Shown: piece by piece, positions 62,316-64,000 of the stretch
Numbering within the stretch: position 1 is the first letter of the stretch
Layout: the number at the start of each line of letters is the position of its first letter
DNA from: Vicugna vicugna
Lineage: Eukaryota
Assembly: GCA_013265495.1 (NCBI GenBank)
Contig: MU058009.1
Location: 3,489,780 to 3,553,779, forward strand
Reading direction: 5' to 3'
Length of the DNA: 64,000 nucleotides
The notes under the pieces: model-generated
The model's input: the letters and a program-made list of their open reading frames with translations, nothing else
What the model was told of the DNA's origin: nothing
The model's database searches: none
Translations under genes and position numbers: made by a program

Positions 62316-64000
62316 ACGGGACCGCCCATCAGATGAACGAGTGTGTCCTGGACGGGGTGAGGAGGCCTTGTTACTGTATCCGGATAAGCCACAGGGCCTG
62401 TCACAACGCCTGGACCAAGCTGGGCCCAGCGAGCACTTGCTGACGGCTTGATGTATGAATACATGCCTTTCAGTCTCTTCCACTTGGCGGGGAAACACAA
62501 TGCAGCTCTACATTACAGGTAAAGGAAATAAAGGCATTCGGCATGTTTGCAGTACGACCAGTGTTCTTCTCATGAGAGGACATCACTTAGACTCAGCGAG
62601 TGTGGGTGGGGGGGTCGGACCTCAGGGGTCCCGTTCTGGATGGACTGTACCACGTCACCCCGATCTTTTCACTGCTCACTTTTCCCATCTCTAAGATGCA
62701 AGAAAAGTAAAGGTGGGCGAGGTGAACGTAATATAATTCTGCTGCGTTTTCAGTACTCTCCGTGTGATTGAGATTGAACTTCTGTGAATGAAGTAAACAT
62801 ACGTTTGAATATGAGTGTGTGTGTGACGGTACTTCCAGCTTTTACTAAGAATCTCACCTCCTCGCCCCACGGAGGTGCCTTACTTGTGCAGTGACATTTC
62901 TGCAAACATTTTATTGCTAATAACATCAAACACAAACGTACTCGTTCAAGCCACTTTTCCCCACAGAAGCCCGTGTGACTGCCCGGTGATATTTCCAGGT
63001 TGCTGGAGAAGGCGTGACCCATGTCTGTGTGTCTACATGGGCACGTGTCCATTAACGGCGACCGGGCGCTGTGCACTGAAGGCCCCGGAATCTCCCCTTC
63101 TTCCAGGAATGTACCTCCCTTTGGAATGGATGCCGGGGCCTCCTTCTACAATGATTTGTCAACAAACATCAACCCCAGAACGCTCTTCTGGACTAAATGC
63201 AAGGGGGATTTACTGAAATCTAACTTATCTATCAAGTCAAGAATCTACTCAATTAAAAAATGAAAACAAAACAAAAAGAAATGAAATCAAAGCTAGAGCC
63301 AATACAGATCAAAGTTTCAATACAAAATCTACCTTTTGTTTGCTAAAAAAAAACCCACTTCCCCCCAATAATTATATGCGTCTACCTGGTTGAATAATGA
63401 TTTTCTTCCAGGAGGCGAGTTAATGTCTGTTCTGTGCCAACTGAGTGCCGGTGGCTTTATGCACGTGCTGGGTTTCATCCTATGGGTTTGTTTGTTCCCC
63501 TGGTTCACTGACGGGGCATCTGCAAGTCACACGGCTCAGGTCTCGGTGAGGAAACCCGGTGTGCGAGCGGGATCAGGGGGAAGCCCCCTTGTCCCCCCAA
63601 CGACCACACGCTCTCCTGCCCCGAGCCCCTGACGGGCCTGACACGCTCTCCTCTCGGAAGGTGCTGTTTTTGTTACTGGCTCTGTGGTTGTCATTACACG
63701 ATCTGTGTGCATTTTCTTTTTCGCTCCAGGTTAGATGCTCATGACTGACACCTGTGCCAGTGGAAGGAGGGGAGGGGGTCAGGGAAGCTGTTTTGGGCGC
63801 CACCTCTGCTTCACCTTCACCTTCCCTCCCTTCAAGACACCTGGGTCCTACTGGTAGTCCCATCGCTTCTGTGAGGTGGCCCCCTGACCCAGCACGCTCA
63901 TGTCTCTTCCCTCGTCTCCCATCCAAAGACAAAAGCAACAATGACAAAGACTGCAAATATCTTCAGAAAAGATTCTGAAACAGCATATGCAAACGTACTT

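Noticed and set aside
63021-63263. 80-aa ORF or terminal exon candidate (NVPPFGMDAGASFYNDL...)
   Set aside because: Only an acceptor is visible, with no homology recognised. The evidence is insufficient.
1-64000. Prokaryotic systems (CRISPR arrays, operons, defence islands)
   Set aside because: The sequence is mammalian (SINEs, LINEs and MaLR LTRs throughout), and no regularly spaced direct repeats or gene-dense ORFs are present.

Overview
Mammalian genomic DNA, most likely a camelid (alpaca/camel). The evidence is a tRNA-Ala-derived vic-1-type SINE at about 34.97 kb and cetartiodactyl-type L1 3' ends. The window is GC-rich intronic or intergenic sequence. It holds MIR, L2, L1, MLT1 LTR and hAT/MER relics, microsatellites, two CpG-island-like promoter candidates (about 14.5-15.1 kb and 49.3-49.8 kb) and a 366-nt assembly gap (52999-53364). 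I could not identify any protein-coding gene with confidence. The supplied ORFs look like GC-rich noise or repeat-derived frames, although a few well-formed orphan exon candidates exist. The most notable observation is a fossil Penelope-like (PLE) retroelement reverse-transcriptase fragment at about 19.96-20.20 kb. It is recognisable after repairing two frameshifts (...EDGCFLLLDVMTVRRANETFTARVYR/KPTHTDQYLSYSSN), and this retroelement class is essentially extinct in mammals. Other leads are a CR1/L3 relic, an unexplained ~0.9 kb block that looks like decayed coding sequence (10.5-11.4 kb), a GC-rich hairpin in the second CpG island, and AT-rich motif-dense blocks resembling developmental enhancers. 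Repeat boundaries were estimated by eye and are approximate.
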